Positions 40,185-53,001 of a DNA stretch of 64,000 bases are shown here, one piece after another (position 1 is the stretch's first letter; the number at the start of each line of letters is the position of its first letter). A program made the position numbers and the translations under genes. Source of the stretch: Basidiobolus meristosporus CBS 931.73 (lineage: Eukaryota > Fungi > Basidiobolomycota); the NCBI GenBank assembly GCA_002104905.1, contig MCFE01000070.1, positions 123,138-187,137 on the forward strand, in the 5' to 3' direction. The notes beneath the pieces are model-generated. The model did no database searches, was not told the DNA's origin, and saw only the letters and a list, made by a program, of their open reading frames with translations.

Positions 40185-40466
40185 GGCGCTCAAGGAAATG
40201 GAAGAGAAAGAAGGAAACCCGGCCTGGGTCGTCTGCACTTAGACACACACCCAACCCGATCCGCTTAGCGAAAACATTTGACAGGGGTCACGGGATCAGC
40301 GGGGAAATTGATCGTTGAACCTCTTCGTCGAGGAGAAAAATCTTCCTCGAAAAAAATCACGTGAGAGGGCGGGTGAATCGCATCAAATATCCAAAGAAAC
40401 GATCATTGGAGGCCTTCTCTTTCAAACATACTACCAAATCTCGTGTAGTTTTTCTACGGGCTCAAG
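40185..40466. promoter_or_regulatory. Bidirectional promoter shared by RPL35A and RPL26; palindromic E-box TCACGTGA at 40357-40364
   Basis: 282 bp gap between divergent ATGs; A-tract plus TCACGTGA; binding factor not determinable. Confidence 0.5.
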
Positions 40467-41049
40467 ATGAAGTTCAGCAAAGGTAACAATCTAAACTATC
40501 AATTGAACACATCCATCCGGGTTCGGGAGTAATGACATATATGTGGATTTGTGGATGGAGTAGTGGACACGATGCTTACCTGACTTTTTCCCTCGATAGA
40601 CGTCACCTCCTCCCGCCGCAAGAGCCGCAAGGCCCACTTCGCCGCTCCCTCCAGCATCCGTAGAAAGATTATGTCTGCTTCTCTTTCCAAGGAATTGAGA
40701 GAGAAATACCACGTTAGTACCATCGATGCGTTGCATGCTTTCTCGACCCAGATCACTAAACGTCGACTCCTATTAGGCTCGCTCCATTCCTGTCCGCAAG
40801 GATGATGAAGTCTTGGTCGTTCGCGGTACTTACAAGGGTCGTGAGGGCAAGATTGTCCAGGTCTACCGTAAGAAGTGGGTCATCCACATCGAACGCCTTA
40901 CCCGCGAGAAGGTTAACGGTGCTACCACCGCCATCGGTGTCCACCCCTCCAAGGTCGTTGTCACCAACCTCAAGTTGGACAAGGACCGCAAGGCTCTTCT
41001 CGCCCGCAAGGATCGCTCTGCCAAGTCCGCTGATGCCATGGAACAATAA
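40467..41049 (+). CDS. RPL26: 60S ribosomal protein uL24 (L26); two introns
   Basis: [42 protein letters not shown].../[39 protein letters not shown]. Confidence 0.97.
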
Positions 41050-41148
41050 GTCAATCTATTCGTAGTTTGGTATAAGTCGTAGTGTTGCTGGTGTCGAAAG
41101 ACCTTCGTTTTATTAATAAACACAAACTGGGAAAATATCATCGCCAGA

Positions 41149-42646
41149 TTATGCACATTGTGGATGACTAGCACAAGGCATGGCTTCATCGTAAGATCGT
41201 AGGGTTGGCGGCAGCAACTTGAAGTATTGCGAGTCTAGATAGAGATGCTTGTGGCATCGATGGCAAACAGCCGAGTATAGGTCATGGTATGAGGCAAGCC
41301 AGTCCTGTTGGTAGCAAGGAGTATTTCTTAGCCATTAGCGCTTGTATCAGAGTCAGAACCAAATCAAACCAGCAAGTATTCCAGTGAGTCTTCGCCCTTC
41401 GTACGCTTGATGAAATCTACTGCACCGATGGCTAGTTGAGATATCCTCTGGAATACCAAATAGCTAGAGTCTTCCCAGGCGTTTTTCTGAATTGAAACAA
41501 TGTGAATATAGCTCAGGTTGTTACACCCATGCCAAGTGCTCTTACATCCTCGTCGATGCCGAACATAACAATTCTTTGTATCTCGTCTGTGGTCTCGCCA
41601 GGCTTGACGATCATTTTCACATTCATAATGTTCGATATGGTCACCTGCATCGAGTATGAAATGAGTAAAATGGAAATGGTGGATAGCGACCCAGTCACAT
41701 ACGGTTAAGATGAGTGTTGCGTTTTGGGTTTGCTCCGGCACCGTGACCAGAACAGGGAAGGGAAAGGCTTTGGCTTTTTCTGTCCACGAGTCTACCAAAG
41801 CCTGGATTGATCTACAGGCATGAAGTCGAACTTGTAAATCCTTATTGATGTGTGTTGGCTTCGGCCCGATCTGCTTACCTTTTCGTCGCACCCTTCTGTT
41901 TCTTCAATTTGTAGGTGTCTTCACTCGTATCCAAGCCACGAAAGTTTTTTTTCAGCTCATCAAGGAACGTACTGCGTGTTGGATGGTAAGTTTCAAGGCG
42001 CGACATCAAAATTGGTGGCGTTGTATGGAATACCTGTGAGCACGCTTTGCGTGGGTAGAGAGAGTAGCGCATTTCTCTATAGCGCTCTCCTGAATCTCAC
42101 CGTTGGTTTCTACGTCTTCAGTCGCCCTAGTGATAACAAAACACCATCAATAAATGGATGGCTGCTGGCGTTCCAAACCAAAATGCGAGTATTACTTTTG
42201 AGAGCGCTGTTGTAATAGTTGTGTGATATTGACGGTTTCAAAGTGATTGTATATCTCTGAGAAAAAAACAGTATTGATACGGTTTTATCTTTTTGAGGGT
42301 TCACTCGAGTCTAACCTTCGATTCCCGGCTGCAGGGCTGATAATTTGTCTATTAAGTTGAAAGAATGTTGTGCATTCTGTTTGAAATCCGCGATCACAGA
42401 TTCAGCTATCAACCGAGTTTAGTGCGAGGGCGGGAGAGAAAATCTCACGTAGAAAACCAGCTACCTTTCTCTGCAGCATTCAGGGTTGTTAGATTCGTGA
42501 ATACATTGGAGACGGTAGCTCTCAGTTCGAGCAACTAAACAAAGTCAGGTCACATATTCGGACGGCTATGTATAAAGTACATCACTAACTGTTTCAGTCA
42601 TTTCATCCAACAATTCTAATCTAGAGGCGGAATTTGGCTCCGTCAT
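41149..42646 (-). CDS. MED27: Mediator complex subunit 27, many short exons
   Basis: Last exon DWLASYHDLYSAVCHRCHKHL...LLPPTLRSYD...HPQCA matches the MED27 C-terminal Zn motif (W.SY..L..C.RC...LPPT.R...H..C). First exons MTEPNS...LLELRATVSNVF. Confidence 0.75.
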
Positions 42647-43338
42647 AACTGGCGTTTTTCTTCTAAATAATACACAAAGACAAGTGCAGAATACCACATG
42701 CTATCGAATTTACAATATTGAGCAATTTTCAACTCGTTTCACGATCTATTTCAAAAGAGGTGTGGATCATCAGATCTTTTACTAGGAATCTTGGTTAAAA
42801 ATTTGAGCCAATTTAATCACTTGGATGAAGTATTCTCAGAGTCGCTTGAGGCTAAATGGTGGGAAAAATGCTCAATAAACGCTTGGTGGATTGAGAGTTG
42901 CCTGTTTTCCTGAGCCTTCTGTGGAACCTACTGAAGTGATGTTTTATACTTGAACGGAGGCGTGGAAAAATTCTTATTTATACCTCGATAACTGCTAGTC
43001 GACCGCCACCACTAACAACATGGAAAGCGTGAGTGATGCAAAGACAACTGACAAAAAGATATGCCATTACTTATCTGAGCTCCCCCATTGGTGTATTCGT
43101 GGGAAGAAATCATCTTTTACTCCCATGATTGGTTGTATATGTAATACCACTTGACTTTTGTTTTACCAAAAATGAAGTCATCTGAGTACGTTGTGTATCT
43201 ACTTGGGATTTTGATGAAGCTTCCCACGGTGGATATAGCCCCTTTTCATATGCTTATTATTGAAGCTTTTGTCCTGTTCTATCCTTACATAACGTTTCAC
43301 TCTCTCACTTCTCCACACACCCTACCCTTGTTGAGATA

Positions 43339-46300
43339 ATGGCCAACGTATATACCAAAGCCACCGCCTTGCCGCTTCTTCGGTTGCGCCTTAACCCCGC
43401 ACAAACCTCTAGATACTTTGGTTCAACCGCCGCTGCTTTTTCTGCCAGTAAGCATTCTACCACAGGAATATTGTTTTCTATGGATTTCATTTACAAACTT
43501 GCTTTTAGCACGCAAGCCTCTTTTCGATAAGATTCTTATTGCCAATCGGTACTGTGCTAATTCTCCACTCTGCTTCAGTTGATGCTGACTAAATCGTTTG
43601 TTTAGTGGAGAGATCGCGTGTCGTGTTGTTAGAACCGCTCGTAAGCTGGGTATTAAGACTGTGGCTGTTTATAGCGATGCAGACAAATACGCCTCTCACG
43701 TCAAAATGGTACTACTTTTTGGGAATAGCTGGCTAAGATCGAACAATTAATCCTTATCGAATTCACACAGGCTGATGAAGCGTACCTTATCGGCCCTGCT
43801 GCCTCTTCTGAGAGTTACCTAAGAATGGACAAGATTGTGGATGTTGCCAAGAGAAGTGGTTCTCAAGTAGGTTCTAGTAGGTGAACTTCTGTATAAACGT
43901 GCTATTCACTAGTTTTATCATCTCTGCAGGCCATTCACCCTGGTTATGGTTTCCTTTCGGAGAACGCATCTTTTGCTGAACTTTTGGACAAAGAAAACAT
44001 CACATTTATTGGTCCTCCCGCATCCGCTATGATCTCTATGGGTTCAAAGAGGTATACCTTGACCAGCCTGCTCGTCAACACCCCAGCAAATATTTAACGC
44101 ATTTGTCAACCATCAGTGAATCAAAGGAGATTATGGAAGCAGCTAAAGTACCAGTCGTTCCCGGTTACCACGGACCTAACCAGGAACTCAACTTCTTGAA
44201 AGAGGAGGCCGAGAAGATTGGGTAACTAGAAATAAGATCCAATCACTCGCCGTGTAACTGTGACTTACCCCCATATCAATAGTTATCCCGTTTTAATCAA
44301 GGCCATCAAAGGAGGAGGTGGAAAGGTACTTCTTGACTTCCCTTCGCTCCTATGTAGCATCGCAACTCACCAAATATAGGGTATGCGTATTGTTGAATCA
44401 CCAGCCGACTTTGAGGAGATGTTGAACTCTGCTAAAAACGAGGCCCGCAAATCTTTTGGTGATGACCAAGTGTATGGGCCCAATAGTTTTTGACCCATTG
44501 TAATACAGTTATGCTCATCACTTTCATTCATATCTAGCCTCATTGAGAAATATCTTGTTACTCCAAGGTAAGAAAGCAGTTGATTAATGGGATTTGCTGT
44601 ATCAGGGTCTAATCAAGTTCCCTAGACACGTCGAAGTTCAAGTTTTCGCTGATAAGCACGGAAATGCCGTACATCTGTTCGAGCGTGACTGCAGTGTACA
44701 AAGAAGACATCAAAAGATTCTTGAGGAGGCACCTGCTGTAAGTGGGCATATTGTTGCAGATTGCTGAATGCCTGCCTGAACTGTTCTTCGTTGATCAGCC
44801 AAACCTTTCCGAGGAGGTTCGTGCACTTCTTGGTGCCAAGGCCGTTGCTGCTGCCAAAGCTGTGGATTACGTGGGTGCTGGTACCGTGGAGTTCATCATG
44901 GACAACACCGATCAGAAGTTCTACTTCATGGAGATGAACACCCGTCTTCAGGTATTATATAAGGAACAAAGCTATATGTTGGGTCCGTTGCTTATTAATA
45001 TGCCATCATTAGGTTGAGCACCCCGTTACTGAGATGGTCACCGGAACCGATCTTGTTCACTGGCAATTGGAGGTGGCTGCTGGCAACAAACTCCCCAAGA
45101 CGCAGGAGGAACTCAAATTGAGAGGGCACGCATTCGAGGCACGTATCTATGCCGAAAACCCAGCAAAGTAAGCCACATAGGATAAGGATCTCTCTGAACG
45201 TTTCTAATGGGGTTTTCAACTCGTAGGGGATTCGTTCCTGACACTGGCAAACTTCTTCACGTGCGTATTCCAGAGCCCTCTGACAGTGTCCGTGTGGAGA
45301 CCGGTGTCGGACAAGGTGACTCCGTTTCGGTTCACTACGATCCTATGATTGCCAAGTTGGTTGTGAGGGGAGATGATCGTACTGGTGCTCTGAGGGTGTT
45401 GAGAAAGGCTCTTGGGGAATATGAGGTAAGCAGAGACCTCCACTTGGTCCAATTCGATGAACCTTGCTTACAATTACCCCCGCTAGATTGTCGGCTTGAA
45501 CACAAACATCGACTTCCTCAAAGACGTCATTAGCCACCCTGCTTTCATCGAAGGTGACGTGGAAACCGGGTTTATCAAGGTAGGCATTCATTAGGAATAC
45601 TCAGTGAGTGGCTTTTTTGGGGTTCTCTTATTAAGCAGCATCCGCAAACAGAAATATGAAAACGAACTCTTCAAGGAGGTACCCGCTGTCGCACACGATG
45701 TATTGGCCCAGGCCGCACTTTCGCTTGTTCTTAGGGACCAACAGCAGGTTTCCTCGCGTACTAACAACTCCAACGATCCTTACTCTCCTTGGAGCTCGTT
45801 GGCCGGCACTCGTTTGAACGAGTTGGGCTCTCGTAAGATCACCCTTTTGAGTGGGGAAAATCAGGTCACTGTGGATGTAGCCTTCAACCAGAATGGTACT
45901 TACCAATTGAAGGTCAACAACGGTGAAACAACCAAGGAATATGACCAGGTTGAGGTGGCTAAAAACGCGGACTATGAAAATCAATTGAGCACCTTCATTG
46001 GAGATCGTAAATACTGCTCAAACGTTATCCTCAAGGGAGAGCAACTTCACGTCTTTGGAGAGGTAGGAGGGCGCACCAACATTCACCTAGCTGATGTACA
46101 ACGCTAAGCAAACATTTCCTGAATTTAGAATGGCAGATCGACCTTCAGCCTTGAAGTCCCTGCGTACCTCAGTGCTGAAAAGTCGGATGTAGCAGGCTCC
46201 GTGAAGACTCCTATGCCCTGCAAGATTTCACAGGTGCTTGTTCAACCAGGAGAATCGGTTAAGAAGGGAACTCCATTGGTGATTTTGGAGGCCATGAAGA

Positions 46301-46425
46301 TGGAGCATGTTATCAAGGCACCATTCGACGGTGTCATTTCCAAGGTTCATTTCAACGTTGGGGATCTCGCTGAGGAGAACAAGTCTCTAGTGGCGTTCGA
46401 GCAACAGGAAGAAGCTAAAGCCTAA
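43339..46425 (+). CDS. MCCC1: Methylcrotonyl-CoA carboxylase alpha (biotin-containing) subunit, mitochondrial; many introns
   Basis: [68 protein letters not shown], biotinyl motif EAMKME; presequence-like N-terminus. Confidence 0.88.
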
Positions 46426-46591
46426 TTCATAGAAATCCATCATTCACGCACCTCATGTTCATTATTATCATGTTTAATTTCCTACTCCACAAAAGCAATG
46501 AAATTAAATGATTTGTAAAAAAGCACGGGGCTTGTGAAATCTATATTTATTGAAAGTAACAAAGAAAGGGAATGTCTGGTTTACACACTGC

Positions 46592-47771
46592 CTACAGCTC
46601 CATCGCTGTGGCCTCCCCAGTTTTCCACTCTTCGTGAGCGTCTAAATCGCCAACAGAGTTGACCGATACCACTCCTTTATGAACATTACGACGGGTTTCT
46701 GTCAATAAAACGGATGGATTAGCATGTGCGTCTCAACACTAGCTGATTGTTGTTATTACCTGAGTGATATATCACGCTACGGCAGTTGATAGTTAGGCAA
46801 TCTCTGGCTGCTGCTTGATTGAGACCGAACAGAGAACATCTGTGAATCATGACTGGTCAGTTGTGGTTTGAAAGGCTATGACATGGAAGAACAACATTAC
46901 AGGTTGATGATATCGTATGGTCCTCGCAGCTCCATAGCTCTTTGGGCTTCGCTAGTAACAATGATGTTTTTTCCGCGTGTTACACGAATTAAATTAATGG
47001 CATTGCTAATCAAATGTCTGCGCGCGGTGCTGTCTTGAGAAATACAAGCCGGGTTAGTCCGAGGAGACGTGGAAGCGTAAAGCGCAATGTTGCAATACCT
47101 TTGATGCAAGCGCTATACGAGATCTCGAAGTGGATTCCTCGTTCAATGGCCAATCCCACGGTGGAGTGTTTCAAGTAAAACGGCAATCTTGTAGAGAGTT
47201 CCAGTGAGATGATATCTACCTCAAATGTGCCGCACGCTGCTTGGAATAGCTTCTCGGTGGTTGGCTGGACTGCCACGATATCGTACGAGGACACAACAGG
47301 ATTGTTGGCGTTCTACAAGTAGCAGCTCAGTAAAAGAGAAGGGGAATACACCCGTGATTCACCGCCTACCAATTCATAGTTCTGCGAGATATCTTCAACC
47401 ACTACTGATAATCTGGAAAGAACACGGAAGTTCTTTCGGAAGCCTTTACCAGAGACATCAGGGATGTCCATCTTCCGGAATGGGTTGACCTAGGAGGGTA
47501 GTCATATTAGTATATCGAGAGCCTCCCGGCACCCATCCTAGTAGAGCCTACATTGTTTTGGCCAATTTTCCCGACCACTGTGTTGTTTAAAGCCACGACT
47601 TCATATCCTACTGATACGACAATATAAAGGTAAATTCTTTGGCAGGTCAACAATGTATCAAAAAGGACACATACACTCGGAGCACAACTCCAGACGCTTC
47701 CGCAGAGAATCTAGCTGCGTCTCTCCAGCTTTAAGCTTTGAATCATTCGAAATGTTAAGATCATGAAACAT
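46592..47771 (-). CDS. RPP30: RNase P/MRP subunit p30 (Rpp1), multi-exon
   Basis: MFHDLNI start; YDIVAVQPTTEKLFQAAC..EVDIISL; AIERGIHFEISYS; GKNIIVTSEA...LRGPYDIINL. Confidence 0.92.
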
Positions 47772-48012
47772 CCCAACAACCCCTTCCTTTGCAGCAATAG
47801 TTTACAGTGATAGAAGTGGATATCTTTCCAGGAACAGTTTACAAAAGTGGATTTCTTTCCAGCAGATACTTGCTGATCCAGATTGGAAATTGGCTTATTA
47901 CCGAATCGTACGATTGAATTTTTTTCATATTCTTTTTTTTGGATTAGGGTGTCGAAGTACAATGTTGGTCAAAAAACAAATAGACTGAGTTTGGTTGGAC
48001 TTGTTCCTCGAT

Positions 48013-49147
48013 ATGTCTTCCTTATTAATCTCTCCTGCTGAACGCGATTACATCACCAAGGGCGTCGATGTGGACATTCGTGCCGACGGTAGAACTCGTT
48101 TAGATTATCGTGACATTGTTCTTGAGACGGGGTTGATTTCGCAAGCCAGTGGAAGTGCCAGATGTCGAATCGAGGGAACTGACGTGTTGGTGGGAGTCAA
48201 GGTCGAGATTGGCATGGTCGACGGTGAGAAAAGTAACCTTGGAAAAGTAGTCTGCAACGTCGAATGGTACTAGATCTGCTTTCTCTTTGATGGTTCAGAA
48301 ACTGACTCGATTTGCCACTTAGTGCCCCTAGTGCCTCGCAACAATTTGAAGGCCGTGGCGCTGATGAGCTTAACATTGAGCTCACTCAGCTTTTGGCCAA
48401 AGTATTGGACGGTCCCCAAGGCGGAATAAATTTGGAAAAGCTGTGTATCATTCCTGGCGCACAGTGCTGGGTCATATATATTGATGCAACGGTAAGCCCT
48501 TAATTCTTGGAGACCGAGTCCACAAGCTAATGCCAAGATGCGCAGATTCTCGACTATTCTGGAAATATTCTGGATGCGCTGTTTATTGCCACCCGAGCTG
48601 CCCTCTTCAACACTCGTGTCCCCATGACGGAGGTTCAAGATGTTGGCGAAGGCCAGCAAGAGTTTGAAATCGTTGATGATGTGGAAGCTGCCGAGCGTCT
48701 CGAGGGGTGGGAGCAGATCCCCATTGCCGTAACACTCAACAAGGTTTGTCTGCGATCCTTGATATTGCCACTCAAGGCAGGAAGACCTAATTGATTTTAT
48801 AGATAGGATCCCGTTACATTGTAGATGCTTCTCCACTAGAGGAGCTTTGTACCGATGCACGTCTGACTGTTGCTGTGAACCAGAGTGGCAATCTTTGTGG
48901 TGTTCAAAAAAGTGGAGAAGGGTCTATCGAGCCTAGTTTGTTGCTTGAGATGGTTCAGGTAAGTGTCTGGTTCATGTACTAATTCGTGCTGGCTCAGTGG
49001 ACTAACGGTTGCTTTTAGACCGGAAAAACCGTAGGCCAGTCGATGATTCAACAGCTCAACAAGAAATTAGAAAGGGAGGAAGAAGATATCCTTGCCAAAG
49101 AGTCGAGGGGAGAGATAGTCAAGAAGCTTGGCTTTTTTGCTATGTAG
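48013..49147 (+). CDS. RRP42: Exosome complex component RRP42 (EXOSC7), multi-exon
   Basis: ISPAERDYITKGV..DIRADGRTRLDYR; GSARCRIEGTDVLVGVKVEIG; LCIIPGAQCWVIYIDA; GNILDALFIATRAAL. Confidence 0.92.
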
Positions 49148-49307
49148 ACAAGGACCACAGCCACACTACTTCAATGTAAATATTGTCCGTAATAAATGAT
49201 GGGCTAATTTCATTTAATCAATTTTGCTAACAGTGCAAGGGCCATCCTGAGGATGTGCTCGGTGGTGAAATACATGGGTTTAGTTACATGCCAGATGTGT
49301 TCGCTCT

Positions 49308-50063
49308 TCATGCTGTAGTGAGAGTTAGCGAGTGCAAGATTTAAAGACTGGCAAAGTGGTTACCATCGATGCTCATATTCTTGTTGTATTCTGGAAAGTT
49401 ATCCGTACCAGAAGGTAGTGAGTAGTGTGAATTGTCACTGCTCGGTATAGGCAGGTGCGTAGTGTTGCTTGACGTATAATGTTAGAGTCAACCGCACGGT
49501 CAAAAGTCCTTGGTAGTATTTCTTTACCTTGCTTTGATATATTCTATCACGCACTGACCCAAGCTGAGGGATAAAACCTTGATTGTTGTCACGTACGAAT
49601 TAGTATTGGCAACTGAATCGTTGCGGTAGTTAGGTAACCAACCGTTATGATGAATATTCCCGAATGGTAGCTCATAATTAGTAGCATAATTAAATAGCGA
49701 AGTATAGTGGCAAGAAGGTAGCCGCTCGATTTTATGAGAACATCCCGTATACGAAAGGATGCACTTTGGATTGTTCAGTTATGTGCTATTTTCAAGTATA
49801 TCATAATCAAGAGGCTCTACCTGTACTGATAGGTTTCGAGGAAGTACGAGCAACTTCTCTCTCCAAAGCACATCAGTGCTGTGCAGGCGTAAGCTATTAC
49901 AAGTCCACTTGCGGAGGTAAGCTTAAAGCTAGGGAAAAAGAAGTATATCGTAGTATAATCTGGATACAATAAGTACGAGATATATTAATAGCCGCGAGCT
50001 CAAGTAGAATAGAAAGGAATTACCTCCATGAAAGTACTGGTATCCTGTCATTACATTGTCCAT
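49308..50063 (-). CDS. Ctr-family copper transporter (~5 short exons; absent from the ORF track)
   Basis: Spliced MDNVMTGYQYFHG/DYTTIYFFFPSFKL...MCFGERSCSYFL.../...ATILRYLIMLLIMSYHSGIFIIT/VLSLSLGQ contains the Ctr MxxxM motif; canonical splice sites. Confidence 0.75.
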
Positions 50064-52245
50064 GCTGAAAACTAGCTTTTGTGAAGGGAGGAAGAGCTTA
50101 ATTCAAACTTGGCCAAACTGAACTATATTTAGCAAATTATTACCAAAAAAATCGGATTGTAACCACCTATTACGCAGTGAAAGCTTTATTGGTGATTGGT
50201 CAACTCATGCACAGCCTCATCTCAAATGGGCCTTGAGGTAGCTTGAGTTCAGGGAGAAAGGGGTTGCTACTGACGTAGTGTGTAATAAGCAATCAAAGGG
50301 TGAAAGGGTTAATGATTCGCTATAGCGGTTAGTTAGCAAGAACACGCACAAAGTCACCTTAAAATTTCATTACCCGCAATGCGTGTTGTGTCAAATTCGA
50401 AAACACAAGATATCAGTTGATGTGCGTGATGTCAAACTCAAACGCCCATCAATGCGTATAATATCTAACTGTATATGCAGCCAAAGATGACATGGGTTGT
50501 GGTACTATGATCCTGTGAGCAGACCATGTGTGAAGGGCTTTAATTTCAACAAAAAGGAGCCATACATAATTAAGGATCTGCTTGAAGAGGAACTCTGCCT
50601 AACCAAGTGTACACAGATATTACTAAGTTAAAGCTGTATCATTAAACATACTGAGATGTCTTAATATGCTGCCATGGGTTATATTGTTGAAACCTGCATT
50701 GCCTAGTATGGTGCACTAAGATGGTTCTTAAAGAGTTGGCGTTGACAGTACTTAGCTAAGCTGATCCTACTCACCATGCATATCTCTTTTGCTAAGTACC
50801 ATAATGCTGTAACATAGATACGCTTTAGTTGACCACTACCACTACAACTGAGCTACGCCTGATGGTAGCATTTGGTAGGAACTAATATTTATTGATATAG
50901 TGTTGTAGTGTGGTTTTGACTTCTAAACAGTCAGATGGGCAAATCCCGGCGCCTGCCATCACAACTACACTTGTTTGCACATTTGGGATGTGTATTCAGT
51001 GCTATATGTTCCTTGTTTGGGGCATTTGCATCTAAGCAGCTCAGCTGGATGACAAGGCCTGTGGTTTTCCTTCCCCCATCGTGTTGGTGAACGTACACCC
51101 ATTCTGATTGCCTAGTAGAATCAGATTTGCCAGAGGTTGATAATCAATAACCAGCACCAATATCCCATCCTGCTAATGACTTATCCTTGCAATGACTTCC
51201 CATTTAAAAGGAAGTTTCCCTTTATAGCATAAATGCGTTGCGCAGCCCTTATTTTTCCAGTGCGTCTTGCCCAAGGATATCATCGGTCAACGTACCCAAA
51301 GCACACTTGTACCTAAATACAAAAGTTCGTAAGCCTATACTTATCCATGCTATGATATGCTGGGTAGACCTTCAGACCATTGTTTTATTAGCCATGGAAG
51401 AGAGGAGTGGAATTCCTTTGCCATCAAATACTAGAATATATCTTCTTTCTCTATATGTATTGCAAACACTTGATAAACCATTGCCAGATCTCAGGATAGA
51501 TTAGTAGAGAAATGTTCAATATGTCAGTTGCATCAATGGGGCGATAAGGATTGTGGTATGAGAGCCGTCAGAGTCTAATAACCTTATATATGCTCGCTAG
51601 TCGTGCGAGTTCAAGTAAGGAGTCTATAGTTTATTGTGCATTAGAGAATACAAACGATGGGAAAGTTCTGAGATAATTACTGGGGTGTTATAAGGCTTGA
51701 GCAAGAGTAGCACGGACTACAATGATATCGGTATTCCTTAACATCACACAAAAAACCGCTCTGCATCAGCGGTGGCCTTTCCCATACCCTTGTGGTGATG
51801 GTGACTATTCTTGGGTTGGGGCATGTTACCTCAAGTAGTTGTTGACTTTAGGTGAGCATCAATTCTTGAAGGCGGGAGTGTAGAGTAAGTCTACTGGGTT
51901 AAGTAAACAATGACAAGGAAAGCTAGGATGGGACCGCAATGCTGGAAAATAATGCCGTCATTAGGAAGAAAGGCTAGCCAACAGTGGTAAATAAGGAGGC
52001 TACACATATGACCGATATAACCATGGCCGGTGTTGACATTCTTCAGATAAGTTTGGGGCGTTAGGATTAGGGTTAATAAGTCAACATGGTTTGCAGGCGA
52101 AAATATAGTGATGCTTGAATTCTGGCTTAGGGTTAGATGCTGGCTAGTCCACCTCTTTTTACCATCCAATGATATTTGCACTCATGCCATGTTGACTTGG
52201 AAGCTACTAGTAACAATCTATATTCGACCTGGATATAGTCAAAGA

Positions 52246-52283
52246 GCGGGCGACAGTTAGGGGCTTAGGCGGGCGACAGTCAA
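52246..52283. repeat. Old telomere-junction motif: GCGGGCGACAG-TTAGGGG-CTTAG-GCGGGCGACAGTCA
   Basis: Resembles TTAGGGGCGGGAGACAGTCA at 61491-61510; first copy is cut after GACAG and followed by TTAGGG. Confidence 0.55.
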
Positions 52284-52353
52284 ATATATACTCATCAAAT
52301 CAGTCTAGTTGTGGTTATTCTAGCTAATTCTGTTTCATTATTGCTGCCTTGCA

Positions 52354-53001
52354 ATGGAAAAGCTAGAATGCCCTGATTGCCGGAAGAATTTATCCAGTAC
52401 AAGTGCCCTTTATCAGCACATACGGAGGGTACACAAAAAACCTGTGATTGTCCGCAGAGGTCGACTGCCAAAATATTCTTCAAAAGAGGAGCAGCGGGAG
52501 GCTGCCAAGAGACGGCGCCAATCTCGCATGTCACAACCACCAGTAAAGGAATACGAAAGCTTAATAATTATAGTAAGGAAGGCAATGGAAGCCTATCACA
52601 AAGATGCAATCTGCAGATTGGCCATCCCAGCAGTCCTCTACGCTTGCATGGATTCAAAAGTGTCTGATTTAGCTGATATGTCGGAATATTGCAAAGTCAA
52701 AGTAAATACGCGAACACAACTAGAACAGGCAGCTACGGAGTATCTAAACAAGAAATATCCTGGAATAATTTTGGGTTTTCAATTCATTCTGCTTAATCGC
52801 TATGCTTCAGAATTCTCCTGCCTGTTGAATAACATTCTTAATACTCACTTGAAAGAGACCACCGCAGATTGTAGAGAAGGAACACCAGCGAGCACAAAGC
52901 ATAATGCGGAGGATAAGCAAACGTCTGGTGCCCACAACGGAGGTAGCACTAGCAGAATACGCTCAGCACTACAGCAATTTTTTGATGTATTGTCGCTCTG
53001 A
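52354..53001 (+). CDS. Intronless C2H2 zinc-finger protein with AT-hook-like basic motif, probably mobile-element cargo
   Basis: CPDCRKNLSSTSALYQHIRRVH, then RRGRLPKYSSKEEQREAAKRRR; lies in the repeat-rich subtelomere. Confidence 0.65.
   Translation: MEKLECPDCRKNLSSTSALYQHIRRVHKKPVIVRRGRLPKYSSKEEQREAAKRRRQSRMSQPPVKEYESLIIIVRKAMEAYHKDAICRLAIPAVLYACMDSKVSDLADMSEYCKVKVNTRTQLEQAATEYLNKKYPGIILGFQFILLNRYASEFSCLLNNILNTHLKETTADCREGTPASTKHNAEDKQTSGAHNGGSTSRIRSALQQFFDVLSL

Noticed and set aside
50100-52200. Decayed transposon ORFs
   Set aside because: Stop-riddled frames with CpG loss, but no transposase, RT or integrase motif could be identified.
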